Positions 17,985 to 26,861 of a stretch of 64,000 bases of DNA are shown here, in pieces (the first letter of the stretch is position 1; the number at the start of each line of letters is the position of its first letter). Made by a program: the position numbers and the translations under genes. The stretch spans positions 8-64,007 of the forward strand of contig SFOX01000008.1 of assembly GCA_004552305.1 (NCBI GenBank), written 5' to 3'. Below the pieces are notes generated by a model, which searched no databases, was not told the DNA's origin, and was given only the letters and a program-made list of their open reading frames with translations. This DNA is from Subdoligranulum variabile (GTDB taxonomy: Bacteria > Bacillota > Clostridia > Oscillospirales > Ruminococcaceae).

Positions 17985-18105
17985 TACACGCGGATTACCC
18001 GTTATGTTGTTACAACCGTAAAACCGCGGGCGGGGCTTGCCCCGCCCCTACCGCGCAACATATTGTATTGCCCCGTAGGGCGGGGTGACCCCACCCCGCC
18101 GTAAG
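17985..18105. repeat. REP-like cluster (2 units)
   Basis: gggcggggcttgccccgcccctac and gtagggcggggtgaccccaccccgcc. Confidence 0.8.
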
Positions 18106-18126
18106 GCGGGATTTTTTGTTTACCTC

Positions 18127-18414
18127 TTACTTTTTCTGCAAGGCGCCCTGCAGCATAATGTCGCCGAAGGACAGCGCGTTGTACAGCCCCACCTTGTTGG
18201 CCTGGCGGACAATGCGCTCCGGCAGGGGCTTGCTGTCGTCGGTGGAAAGCAGCACAATGTGTACCTTATCTGCCACCTCGGCACCGTTTTCCTGCTTGTT
18301 GCTCAGCACCTGCAGGTAGACGACATACGGGTCCGTCATGGAGCCGTAGTAAATATCATTGCCGCAGCGCACCAGCGGGCGGCCTTTATAGGTCAGTTTG
18401 GGAGTAAAAGCCAT
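18127..18414 (-). CDS. Hypothetical small protein
   Basis: 95-aa ORF with RBS GAAAGAAGG and its own promoter. I recognise no motif. Confidence 0.6.
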   Translation of the reverse strand: MAFTPKLTYKGRPLVRCGNDIYYGSMTDPYVVYLQVLSNKQENGAEVADKVHIVLLSTDDSKPLPERIVRQANKVGLYNALSFGDIMLQGALQKK

Positions 18415-18456
18415 AGCATAGACCTTCTTTCTGTCAAAATTTCGTTCTGATATAGT

Positions 18457-18485
18457 ATTATAGCACAGTTTCGGCTGTATTACAA
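18457..18485 (-). promoter_or_regulatory. Promoter of the 95-aa gene; its -35 overlaps the DUF2304 stop codon
   Basis: Minus strand TTGTAA-N17-TATAAT with TGc extended -10. Confidence 0.5.
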
Positions 18486-18851
18486 ATCCATTTTGTCGTC
18501 GCGGTCATGATCTTCCTGCTTTTGCTGGTTCAGCGCCACGCGCTCGGTCAAAACGCGCAGGCGGCTGTCCAGCTGGCTGACCCGGATGGATAGCATAAAT
18601 TGACGTGCCAACAGCAAAAAGATGATAATCAAATACACGCAGTTGATGGGGCTGACAAAGCCCAGCAAGCCGGACACCCAGTACGCAATGCCCGGAAACA
18701 GCGCCACCAGCAGCAAAACAGCGCTGAGCGCCAGCCAGTAGATGGTATCCTCGATCTGCACGCGCGCCTGCCGCACGCGGCGCAGCACATACCCCGCCGT
18801 GGCAAAAGCGCCCAGAATCAGGCAGATGCGCAAAACAGTTTGGTCGGTCAT
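18480..18851 (-). CDS. DUF2304-family small membrane protein
   Basis: 123 aa, 4 TMs. Typical partner located just downstream of a GT2 gene. Confidence 0.75.
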   Translation of the reverse strand: MTDQTVLRICLILGAFATAGYVLRRVRQARVQIEDTIYWLALSAVLLLVALFPGIAYWVSGLLGFVSPINCVYLIIIFLLLARQFMLSIRVSQLDSRLRVLTERVALNQQKQEDHDRDDKMDL

Positions 18852-18852
18852 A

Positions 18853-19572
18853 TCACAGGCTCCTTTCCGGGTAGGGGGTTTCGGTGTCGCGCTTGCGGAA
18901 CCACTGGATCAGCAAAATGGACACCGACATTTTTACCATATACTGCACGCTGCGCCAGAGGGTCAGGTAGCTCTGCCCTGCCGTGCGCTCGCCCATTTTG
19001 ACCTGTACCTCCTTGACCTTGGCACCGTTTTTGATCAGGTAGCTGATGGTATCCGGCTCCGGTCCGTAGTTGAGGTTTTCGGCAAATTCCTGCACCATGG
19101 CGCGGTTGAACATCCGCATACCGCTGGTGGGGTCGCAGATGGCGCGCCCCGTCGTCAGCCGGATCGACCAGCTGATGATATAGCTGCCCACCATACGCAG
19201 TGTTTTGGGCTTTTTGACCGTTAAAAAGCGGCTGCCGATGACGATATCGCTGCCTTCCTCCAGCGCAGCCAGCATTTCGGCAATGTATTCCGGCTTGTGC
19301 TGCCCGTCGGCGTCCATCTGCATGGCGCAGTCGTAGTCATGCTCAGCGGCGTAGCGCAGCCCGGTCTGAAACGCCCCTGCCAGCCCCAGATTGACCGGCA
19401 GGTCAATGAGGTGGAACCCATTCTGGCGGCAGAGCGCGGCGGTCTTGTCGCGGCTGCCGTCGTTGACCACCACATAATCGTACTGGGGGTAGTTTTCTAT
19501 CAGATCCCTGACCACCGGCACGATGCTGGCTTCCTCGTTATGGGCGGGGATAACAATCAGTAACTTTTGCAT
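18853..19572 (-). CDS. Glycosyltransferase family 2
   Basis: 239 aa. VIPAHNEE, VVNDGSRD and MDADGQH (DxD) motifs. Confidence 0.9.
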   Translation of the reverse strand: MQKLLIVIPAHNEEASIVPVVRDLIENYPQYDYVVVNDGSRDKTAALCRQNGFHLIDLPVNLGLAGAFQTGLRYAAEHDYDCAMQMDADGQHKPEYIAEMLAALEEGSDIVIGSRFLTVKKPKTLRMVGSYIISWSIRLTTGRAICDPTSGMRMFNRAMVQEFAENLNYGPEPDTISYLIKNGAKVKEVQVKMGERTAGQSYLTLWRSVQYMVKMSVSILLIQWFRKRDTETPYPERSL

Positions 19573-19581
19573 AAATGCTCC

Positions 19582-20703
19582 TTAGTTTACGATGCTGCGC
19601 AGTTTTTCGTACACGGCTTGCCATGTGAACCGCCCCAGCAGCGTTTGTTTTGCCCGTTGGCTGCGCGCCTTGGCGGCTGCCGGGTCGGCAGCGGTCTTTT
19701 GCAGGGCGGCGGCAATTTCCGCCGTGTCGGCGCTTGGCAGGAATAGGGCATCGTCCCCGCCGGGCAGCAGCTCGCCGGTACCCGCCGTGTGCGTGCAGAC
19801 GATCGGGCAGCCGCAGGCAGCCGCCTCCAGCAAAGTCGTGGGAAAGCCCTCGGCGTAGAGGGTGGGCAGGCAGTAGCAGTCGGCTTGGCTGAGCAGCTGC
19901 ACGATCTGCGCGTGCGGCAGCGCACCGGGGGCGACCACACGCCCGCCGCTTTGCTGTGCCAGCTGCTGCAGCGCGTCCAGCTGCGGACCGTTGCCGACAA
20001 CGACCAGGCTCCAGTCCGGCAGGCTGAGCACCGCCTGCGCCAAGGGCAGCGCGCCTTTTTCGGGGATCAGCCGCCCCACAAACGCCGCCAGCTTGGTGCC
20101 GGCAGGCACAGTTTTGCGCCAATCTACGCGGTTTTTGTCCGCCGCTGCCTGTGCCAGCTCATCGGGGTCCACGGCGTTGGGCAGCGTACCCGCTGCCTGT
20201 ATGCCGAAGGTTTGCAGCCAGCGGCAGGTGTCGGCGGACACGCCGTAAAAATCAAAGCCGCAGCGGGCAATGCGGCGGCAGGCAAAATGCTCGTACCGCT
20301 GCCCCAGCCAGCCGGGCAGCCCGCCGTGCATCATATACCCGGTCGAGTGGTCCAGCACCAGCGCCGGGATGCCCCGCCGCCGGCACTGCTGCGCCGCCCA
20401 GATGCTTTGGGTGTACATCCGCGTCTGGATCACGGCAAAGTCGATTTTTTGCGCCCACAGATCGGCGGCATTCGCCCACGGCTTCAGCACGGGGAACCGC
20501 CCGCCCATCACGGGAAAGGACGGCAGGCGGTAAATTTCGATGCCGTATTCGTCGGTTTCGCGCGCGGGCAGCCCCGGCAGCGCCGCCGTTACGACCAGCG
20601 CCCGATGCCCCGCCGCGGTGAAACGCCGCGCCAGATTCCAAGTATAGCGCTCGACCCCGCCGGGTGTGGGCAGGTACTGCGCCGAGAAAAAACAGATGGT
20701 CAT
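19582..20703 (-). CDS. Glycosyltransferase family 4 (GT-B)
   Basis: 373 aa. N-terminal YLPTPGGVERY, C-terminal EGFPTTLLEAAACGCPIV. Confidence 0.88.
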   Translation of the reverse strand: MTICFFSAQYLPTPGGVERYTWNLARRFTAAGHRALVVTAALPGLPARETDEYGIEIYRLPSFPVMGGRFPVLKPWANAADLWAQKIDFAVIQTRMYTQSIWAAQQCRRRGIPALVLDHSTGYMMHGGLPGWLGQRYEHFACRRIARCGFDFYGVSADTCRWLQTFGIQAAGTLPNAVDPDELAQAAADKNRVDWRKTVPAGTKLAAFVGRLIPEKGALPLAQAVLSLPDWSLVVVGNGPQLDALQQLAQQSGGRVVAPGALPHAQIVQLLSQADCYCLPTLYAEGFPTTLLEAAACGCPIVCTHTAGTGELLPGGDDALFLPSADTAEIAAALQKTAADPAAAKARSQRAKQTLLGRFTWQAVYEKLRSIVN

Positions 20704-20711
20704 ACCTCACC

Positions 20712-21218
20712 TTACACCTTTGCGCCGAAGGCCGCCTGCACGGCAGCCTGCCAGCGCCCGTCCTGCCGCAGAATGGCCTCAACGGCACCGCGCACGGCAC
20801 CCGCGCCGCCCGCTTGGGGGCAGACATAGTCCGCCGCCGCTCTGACCTCGGGGGCGGCATCGGCGGGGCAGGCAACAAACCCGCACAGCGCCATCGCCGC
20901 CAAGTCGTTCAAATCATCGCCGCAGTAGGCGACCTGCTGCGCATCGCAGCCGTTTTGCTGCATAAAATCACGCAGAAACGCCGCTTTGTCGGACACGTTC
21001 TGGTACACATCGGTGATTTTTAAATCCGCGGCGCGGCGGCGCACCGCTGCGCTTTCGCGCCCGGTGCAGATCACCGTCCGGATGCCCGCCGCGCGCGCCA
21101 GCACCAGCCCGGCGCCGTCCTTGATGGCGAACTTTTTCAGCTCGTTGCCGGTGGCGTCGTAGTAAACGCCGCCGTCGGTCAGGGTGCCGTCCACGTCCAG
21201 AATCAGATATCGTATCAC
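20712..21218 (-). CDS. KdsC-family HAD phosphatase (ulosonate-phosphate phosphatase-like)
   Basis: 168 aa from a GTG that overlaps the upstream stop (GTGA). DVDGTLTDG and GDDLNDL motifs. The 232-aa ORF-track version is an upstream extension. Confidence 0.8.
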   Translation of the reverse strand: MIRYLILDVDGTLTDGGVYYDATGNELKKFAIKDGAGLVLARAAGIRTVICTGRESAAVRRRAADLKITDVYQNVSDKAAFLRDFMQQNGCDAQQVAYCGDDLNDLAAMALCGFVACPADAAPEVRAAADYVCPQAGGAGAVRGAVEAILRQDGRWQAAVQAAFGAKV

Positions 21219-22780
21219 GGCATAGCTCCTTCGTACTCGCTGGGGGTCAAAAATTCCACCGGCAGCCCCACGGTGCGCATGGCCCCGGCAATCTGCCGGT
21301 TGTAGCCCTCGCCGCGCCCGGTGTGGGTGTGCAGCCCGGCGTCCGCGTAGGCAGCCGTGCCGGGGCGGTAGCCGTCGGCACCCGCCAGCTTGACCTTGGC
21401 GGCATCGCACAGCCGCAGCAGGCGCAGCAGCATCAGCATACTGTTGCCGCCCTGGTCGTCGGCGGTGGAAAGCCGGTCGTAGTTCAGCACGGCACCCTGC
21501 TTGGCAGAGCGCAGGTTGCTGGTCAGGATCAGGCGGCAGGGGTAGGTCTTATCCTCCTCAAAGCGCTTGGCGTTAGAGAAAAAGGCGTAATCCACTGTGC
21601 GCTCGCCCGGCACAAAGTTGACCGACACCGTCACATCGGCATCGGCGGCTGCCACGGCAGCCTGCCCGGCGGGGGTGGCAAGGCTGGCGCCGGGTGCCAG
21701 CACCAGCACGGTCTTGCCCGCAAAGGCGGCATGCAGGTCGTGCAGGGCTTCGTCATCCTGCACGCGGCGGTTCTTGTATTCCTGATACAGCGTGTCGGCG
21801 TAAGCCTTGTCAAAGGCGGTCTTTTTTTCGGGTGCGATGGCAGCCAGAATGTGGTTGATGTCGCGGTTGGTCAAATCGCCCTTGCCCAGATAATGCTCGG
21901 CATAGTTGCGGTGCAGGTTGAACCGCGCCGACAAAAAATACGCCGGGGTGTAGCCCCACGGGCTTTCGCCCTTGATGGGGGCGATGTAATCCTGAATGGC
22001 GTCCATGATCTGATCCAGATCAAAGTGGCGGGCGCAGTTCTCGTTCATATAATCGGCGGTCAGCTCAATGGGAAGGTTGCCGGGGATACGCCCCATGCCG
22101 ATCAGACTTGCGTCCACGGTTTTATCGCGCTGCAGCGGCATTTCCAAAAATTCCTGCGCAAGGCAGAAGCTCAGCGCCATATTCTCGTGCAGGTGCAGCC
22201 CCAGCCGGATGGCGGGGTCCAGATTGTGGTCGGCCAGCGCGGTGATGCGCTGCAGATCCTTGCGGCGCATACTGCCGAAGGTATCCACAATAGAGAACTG
22301 CCACGGGTGGATTTTGTTGACCTCGTCCAGGATCCACAAAATCTCGCTGTCGGTGTAGCCCATAATGTTGATGGGGTTGATCGCCAGCTTGTAGCCGCGC
22401 GCCTTGACCTCCCGCGCAAAGTCCATGCCCTCGCGGATGTCGTAGTCGTGTGCGGTAATGCGCAGAATTTCAATGCCGGTGCCGTCGTAGGGCGTCAGCT
22501 TGCGGATATCGTAGTTGGAGCGCATCGCCATGCCGGAGTACATTGTACTGCCGCGGCTGCCCGGCGGGGGCAGCAGGCGGTTCAGCTCCTCGATGGTGTT
22601 GCAGACGGTGACGTCGGGGTCGTAGCCCGGCACGTTGCGCAGAAAGCCGACCTCGACAATATCCACCCCGGCGTTGGTCAGCGCCCGGATGATATGCTTG
22701 GCGGGGGATGCCCCCCACTGCCAGTTGTTGATATATCCGCCGTCGCGCAGGGTGCAGTCCAACAGCTTTACGTCAGGCAT
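21215..22780 (-). CDS. Fusion protein: DRE-TIM (HMGL-like) aldolase N-domain plus MptE/DUF115-like C-domain
   Basis: 521 aa. LDCTLRDGG and LHLHEN (metal ligands) in the N-domain. VLVLAPGASL ... KVKLAGADGY resembles the DUF115 GPS / G-x-D pattern. Confidence 0.75.
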   Translation of the reverse strand: MPDVKLLDCTLRDGGYINNWQWGASPAKHIIRALTNAGVDIVEVGFLRNVPGYDPDVTVCNTIEELNRLLPPPGSRGSTMYSGMAMRSNYDIRKLTPYDGTGIEILRITAHDYDIREGMDFAREVKARGYKLAINPINIMGYTDSEILWILDEVNKIHPWQFSIVDTFGSMRRKDLQRITALADHNLDPAIRLGLHLHENMALSFCLAQEFLEMPLQRDKTVDASLIGMGRIPGNLPIELTADYMNENCARHFDLDQIMDAIQDYIAPIKGESPWGYTPAYFLSARFNLHRNYAEHYLGKGDLTNRDINHILAAIAPEKKTAFDKAYADTLYQEYKNRRVQDDEALHDLHAAFAGKTVLVLAPGASLATPAGQAAVAAADADVTVSVNFVPGERTVDYAFFSNAKRFEEDKTYPCRLILTSNLRSAKQGAVLNYDRLSTADDQGGNSMLMLLRLLRLCDAAKVKLAGADGYRPGTAAYADAGLHTHTGRGEGYNRQIAGAMRTVGLPVEFLTPSEYEGAMP

Positions 22781-23507
22781 CGTGCTTCTCCTTCAAAATT
22801 TCGTTGACCAGCGCCAGATCCTTGGGCGTATCGACGCTGACTGTCTTGTACGGGCTTACGATGGCGTGTACCTTGCGCCCGTTTTCGACATAGCGCATCA
22901 TATCGTTTTCCTCGGCGCGTTCCAAGATGGACTTGGGGGTGTCGTGGTAGAACTGCAGCGCCTGCTTGCTGTACAGCTGAATGCCGGTGACCTTCTCGTA
23001 GTCAAAATCCAGCGTGCCTTTGGGGTACGGGATGGGGCTGCGGGAGATCATCAGCACCTCGCGCGCGGCGTTGGTGACGACCTTCTGGTTGGAAAAATCC
23101 ACCACGTCCGCCGGGTGCTGCATCACGTTGGTCAGCACCGCCACATAGCAGGCATCGTCGGGCAGGGTGTCGGGCAAAATCAAATCGAACGCCGCGGGGT
23201 CAACCAGCGGCTCGTCGCCCATCAGCTGCAGGTACAGGTCGGCGTCCACCTTGGTGCTGACCTCCCAGATGCGCCCGGTGGGGGTGTCGTGGTCGGGGCT
23301 GGTCATCACGCATTTCATATCGTACTGTGCGCAGACGTCAGCGATGCGCGTATCGTCTGTGGCAATCAGCACATCGTCCAGCTTGGCGCACGCCCTGGCG
23401 GCGCGGTACACCCACCAGATCATCGGCTTGCCCAGCACATCGGCCAAGGGCTTGCCGGGCATACGGGTGCTGGCATAGCGGGCGGGAATCACGGCAATGG
23501 TTTTCAT
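22773..23507 (-). CDS. KdsB-like 3-deoxy-ulosonate cytidylyltransferase
   Basis: 244 aa. IPARYASTRMPGKPLADVLGKPMIWWVY is a typical KdsB N-terminus. Confidence 0.85.
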   Translation of the reverse strand: MKTIAVIPARYASTRMPGKPLADVLGKPMIWWVYRAARACAKLDDVLIATDDTRIADVCAQYDMKCVMTSPDHDTPTGRIWEVSTKVDADLYLQLMGDEPLVDPAAFDLILPDTLPDDACYVAVLTNVMQHPADVVDFSNQKVVTNAAREVLMISRSPIPYPKGTLDFDYEKVTGIQLYSKQALQFYHDTPKSILERAEENDMMRYVENGRKVHAIVSPYKTVSVDTPKDLALVNEILKEKHDA

Positions 23508-23520
23508 GGCAGTTTCCTCT

Positions 23521-24486
23521 TTACAATAAAGAACGGGCTTCGTCCAGCGTCAGGTGTATCTTTTCTTCGGCGGCGGTGAATCCGCGCAGCACAAAGCTTT
23601 GCACCGTGACGGCACGGCGGAAGGTAAACGGCAGGCAGAAGTTCAGCACCTCGCTGGGCATGGTGCGCTGTAAAATCACAGCGCCGGGGAACAGGGCGGC
23701 GTAGTCGGTTTCATCGCGCGGGTGCGTCTTGATAAACAGCGGCCCTACGGTATATTTTTTTGCCACCGCTTGGAACATGGCATCCTGCTGCGCCTGCGTC
23801 AGCAAGCCGTCCTGCACAAAGCTGCGGGGCAAAAGCAGCGTTGCCCCGGCGGCGTTCTGCGGCAGCGGCTGCGTGATAAACACGCTGCGCACCATGGATT
23901 TTTCGCTCTCGGTCAGGCTTTGCAAAAGCTGCGCCTTGCTGTCACCGACGAGCTTTTCCGCCCCAAACAGGATGCAGCGGGCGGGATCCTCGCTCTCGAC
24001 CTTTTTGCAATAGCGGCTGTCGCCCCAGTAGAGATATCCCTTGCCGCTGCGCTGCTTTTTGGCAAAATCCGGCTGGCGGCGCTGGGCTTCGACCAGCGAT
24101 TGGTCGGGACCGATCGTGCTGGCAAAGGTGTCCTCGCACAGGGTGTAGGCGGCGCGGCAGTCCTGCAGATAGCGCCCCAGGACGCTCCAATCGTTATGGA
24201 TAAATATCTCCGCATAGCGGTCGGGCTGCAAGTGCCAGCCGCAGCGCTTTTCAAAGCCGCGGCGGTTGCGCTGCTGCCCCAGAAAGCCGGTGGCAATGCC
24301 CGGCCAGGCATCCTCGCGCACAAGGATCGGCGTCACAACACCGGTGGCGCGCAGCCTTTGCGCCAGCGCCTGCGCCTCGGGTACCTTGGCAGAAAGCACC
24401 AATTCGTGGGGGGCGCCCGCCGTGCGGGATGCCCGCACCAGATCGATCAGCACTTGATACGCCGTGTGGCAGATATACAGATTCAT
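23521..24486 (-). CDS. Putative ulosonic/sialic-acid transferase (GT52-like)
   Basis: 321 aa from the ATG overlapping the wzt stop (ATGA). N-terminal LYICHTAYQVLI resembles the GT52 ICxTPLQ pattern. IKTHPRDE is an HP-type motif. The family call is tentative. Confidence 0.5.
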   Translation of the reverse strand: MNLYICHTAYQVLIDLVRASRTAGAPHELVLSAKVPEAQALAQRLRATGVVTPILVREDAWPGIATGFLGQQRNRRGFEKRCGWHLQPDRYAEIFIHNDWSVLGRYLQDCRAAYTLCEDTFASTIGPDQSLVEAQRRQPDFAKKQRSGKGYLYWGDSRYCKKVESEDPARCILFGAEKLVGDSKAQLLQSLTESEKSMVRSVFITQPLPQNAAGATLLLPRSFVQDGLLTQAQQDAMFQAVAKKYTVGPLFIKTHPRDETDYAALFPGAVILQRTMPSEVLNFCLPFTFRRAVTVQSFVLRGFTAAEEKIHLTLDEARSLL

Positions 24487-25766
24487 CCCTCTGCCTCCAC
24501 CAGCTTGACCGGCGGGAAGTGGATGCGTCCCCAGCCGGGCGCCCATTCGGGGATGCTCATATCGCTGGGGGTCACCTCAAAGGCGAACTCCACGGCAGGC
24601 TTGTCGAGGCAGACCGCGCTGCCGATCACGCCGTCAAAGACATCCAGATAGAAGTAATACTGCCCCGCGCCCAGCATGGCGGGGTCAAACTCAAACACGG
24701 TGGTGTACAGCCTGCCCGGTTCGGCGGCGCCGAGGTTGACCGGGTGGGTGATGCCCACGGGCGAGGAATCCCGCGCGTGGAGGTTCATCTTCATATTGAT
24801 GCCGGCAAACGGCTCGGTGACGCGCCACTGGATTTGCACCCGCACCGGCTCATTGTCGGCAAAAACGCTGGACTCCTTGCCCAAAAAGCGCAGGCTTTCC
24901 AACCGCAGGCGCTGCCCGGCGCCGACGTTCATACGCCCGACCTTGCGCAGGTCATAGTGTACCACGTTGACGTCGGTGGTATCCATATAGATGGCGATGG
25001 CTTTTTCGACGTCGCCGTCAAAGATGATGCGCCCCTGATCCAGCACGATGCAGCGGGTGCAGAGCTGGCGGATGGTGCTCATATTGTGGCTGACGTACAG
25101 CACGGTGCGCCCGTCCTCGTTGGCGACGTTGCTCATCTTGCCCAGACATTTCTGCTGGAATTTCATATCGCCGACCGCCAGCACCTCGTCCATCACCAGA
25201 ATTTCGCTGTCCAGATGCGCCGCCACGGCGAACGCCAGCTTGACAAACATACCGCTGGAATAGCGCTTGACGGGGGTGTCGATAAAATCGCCGCACTCGG
25301 AAAATTCAATGATCTGCGGCAGCTTGGCGTCGATCTCGGCGCGGGACATACCCAAAATTGCGCCGTTCATATAGATGTTTTCGCGCCCGGTCATCTCGTT
25401 GTTGAAGCCGGTGCCGACCTCCAGCATACTGGAAATGCGCCCCTTGATGCGGATCTCGCCCTCGGTGGGGGCGGTGATGCGGGTCAGCAGCTTGAGCAGG
25501 GTGGATTTTCCGGCGCCGTTGCGCCCGATAATGCCCAGCGCCTCGCCCTTGTACACGGTCAGGTCCACGCCGTTGAGCGCCATAAAGGTCTGCCCGTACA
25601 GCCGCGTGTCGGTGCCGATGATGGTGTTGGGATCCTCCTTGCCGCGCACACGCGCCCACCAGCTTTGCAGATCGTGCGTCAGCGTGCCGCCGCCGATCTG
25701 TCCGAGCTTGTACTGCTTTTTCAGCCCCTCAATTTCAATAACGGGGGTCTTTTCGGTTTTCTGCAT
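24483..25766 (-). CDS. Polysaccharide ABC exporter ATP-binding protein (Wzt/TagH-like) with a C-terminal beta-sandwich domain
   Basis: 427 aa from the ATG after GAGGAGGGGG. GRNGAGKST, YSSGM and ILVMDE motifs, plus a ~170-aa C-terminal extension. Confidence 0.9.
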   Translation of the reverse strand: MQKTEKTPVIEIEGLKKQYKLGQIGGGTLTHDLQSWWARVRGKEDPNTIIGTDTRLYGQTFMALNGVDLTVYKGEALGIIGRNGAGKSTLLKLLTRITAPTEGEIRIKGRISSMLEVGTGFNNEMTGRENIYMNGAILGMSRAEIDAKLPQIIEFSECGDFIDTPVKRYSSGMFVKLAFAVAAHLDSEILVMDEVLAVGDMKFQQKCLGKMSNVANEDGRTVLYVSHNMSTIRQLCTRCIVLDQGRIIFDGDVEKAIAIYMDTTDVNVVHYDLRKVGRMNVGAGQRLRLESLRFLGKESSVFADNEPVRVQIQWRVTEPFAGINMKMNLHARDSSPVGITHPVNLGAAEPGRLYTTVFEFDPAMLGAGQYYFYLDVFDGVIGSAVCLDKPAVEFAFEVTPSDMSIPEWAPGWGRIHFPPVKLVEAEG

Positions 25767-25777
25767 AGTCCCCCTCC

Positions 25778-26644
25778 TCACACGGTGTCCATAAAGGTCT
25801 TTTCAATGCGGCTGAACAGCACTACGCCCAAAACCAACGCCGCAGCGGTAAATACCAGGCTGTAGGCGACGCCCCACGCGGTCACGGTGCCGCCGCCCAG
25901 CGTCGCGGCGCGGAACACCTCGATGGGGGCGGTCATGGGGTTGAACTGCAGCAGCGCCTGCAGGCGGGGGCTGTTGTTCAGCATCGAAACGGGATACACC
26001 ACAGGGGAGGCGTACATCCACAGCTGCACGCCGAAGCCCACGGCAATGGCAAGGTCGCGGTATTTGGTGGTCAGGCTGGACACAATGATGCCCACGCCCA
26101 GCCCCAGCAGCATGACCTGCAGCATAACCACCGGCAGCGCCAGCACCCACAGGCTGAGGTGCATCTGCGCACCGGTCAGGGCAAAGTACACCCAGAAGCA
26201 GGCAAACATCGCGCACTGCACAAGGAAGTTGATGAGCGCCGTCAGCACCTGACTGATGGGGGTGGTCAGGCGCGGAAAGTACACCTTGCCGAACACACCC
26301 GAGTTGGCAACAAAGGTATTGGCGGTGTTGTTGACACAGTTGGCAAAGAAGGTCCAGACCGTGTTGCCCGCCATATAAAACAAAAACGCCGGTGTGCCGT
26401 CGGTCGAAAGCCCTGCCAGCCCGCCGAACACCACGTTGAAGATCACGGTGGTCAGCAGCGGGTTCAGGATGATCCACGCCGGGCCCAGAATGGTCTGCTT
26501 GTACAGCACGGTAAAGTTGCGCTTGACGAACATCCCGATCAGGTCACGGTAGCGCCACAGCTCTGCCAGATCTATATCAAACCAACCGGTCCGCGGGCGC
26601 ACCACAGCGGTCCATTCGGCGGTGTTTTGCGTTTTTTCGCTCAT
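25778..26644 (-). CDS. ABC-2 type polysaccharide exporter permease (Wzm/TagG-like)
   Basis: 288 aa from MSEKTQ, 6 TMs. Confidence 0.88.
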   Translation of the reverse strand: MSEKTQNTAEWTAVVRPRTGWFDIDLAELWRYRDLIGMFVKRNFTVLYKQTILGPAWIILNPLLTTVIFNVVFGGLAGLSTDGTPAFLFYMAGNTVWTFFANCVNNTANTFVANSGVFGKVYFPRLTTPISQVLTALINFLVQCAMFACFWVYFALTGAQMHLSLWVLALPVVMLQVMLLGLGVGIIVSSLTTKYRDLAIAVGFGVQLWMYASPVVYPVSMLNNSPRLQALLQFNPMTAPIEVFRAATLGGGTVTAWGVAYSLVFTAAALVLGVVLFSRIEKTFMDTV

Positions 26645-26684
26645 AAAAAAAGCCTTTCTGTGTAAAATTTGCATATATGTTAGG

Positions 26685-26713
26685 ATTATACCACATATCG
26701 AGGGATTTTACAA
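26685..26713 (-). promoter_or_regulatory. Promoter of the 9-gene glycan operon
   Basis: Minus strand TTGTAA-N17-TATAAT with TGg extended -10, about 40 nt upstream of the wzm ATG. Confidence 0.55.
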
Positions 26714-26794
26714 GCCTTGCCCCTGCCGCGCCTGGCTTTGTTTGTGTAGGTTTGTCATCTGCACTTTATATTCTTCACAATTTGCGCTGCCCTA

Positions 26795-26824
26795 TTGAAA
26801 ATATAGGAATACTGGGTATATAAT
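26795..26824 (+). promoter_or_regulatory. pyrG promoter
   Basis: TTGAAA-N18-TATAAT. Confidence 0.5.
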
Positions 26825-26861
26825 ATCTCTGTGTTTTTGCGCATTTGAGGGAGGTATATTT

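Noticed and set aside
20712-21410. 232-aa version of the KdsC-like ORF
   Set aside because: The N-terminal 64 aa overlap the upstream aldolase gene out of frame. A GTG overlapping the upstream stop gives the canonical start just before DVDGTLTDG.
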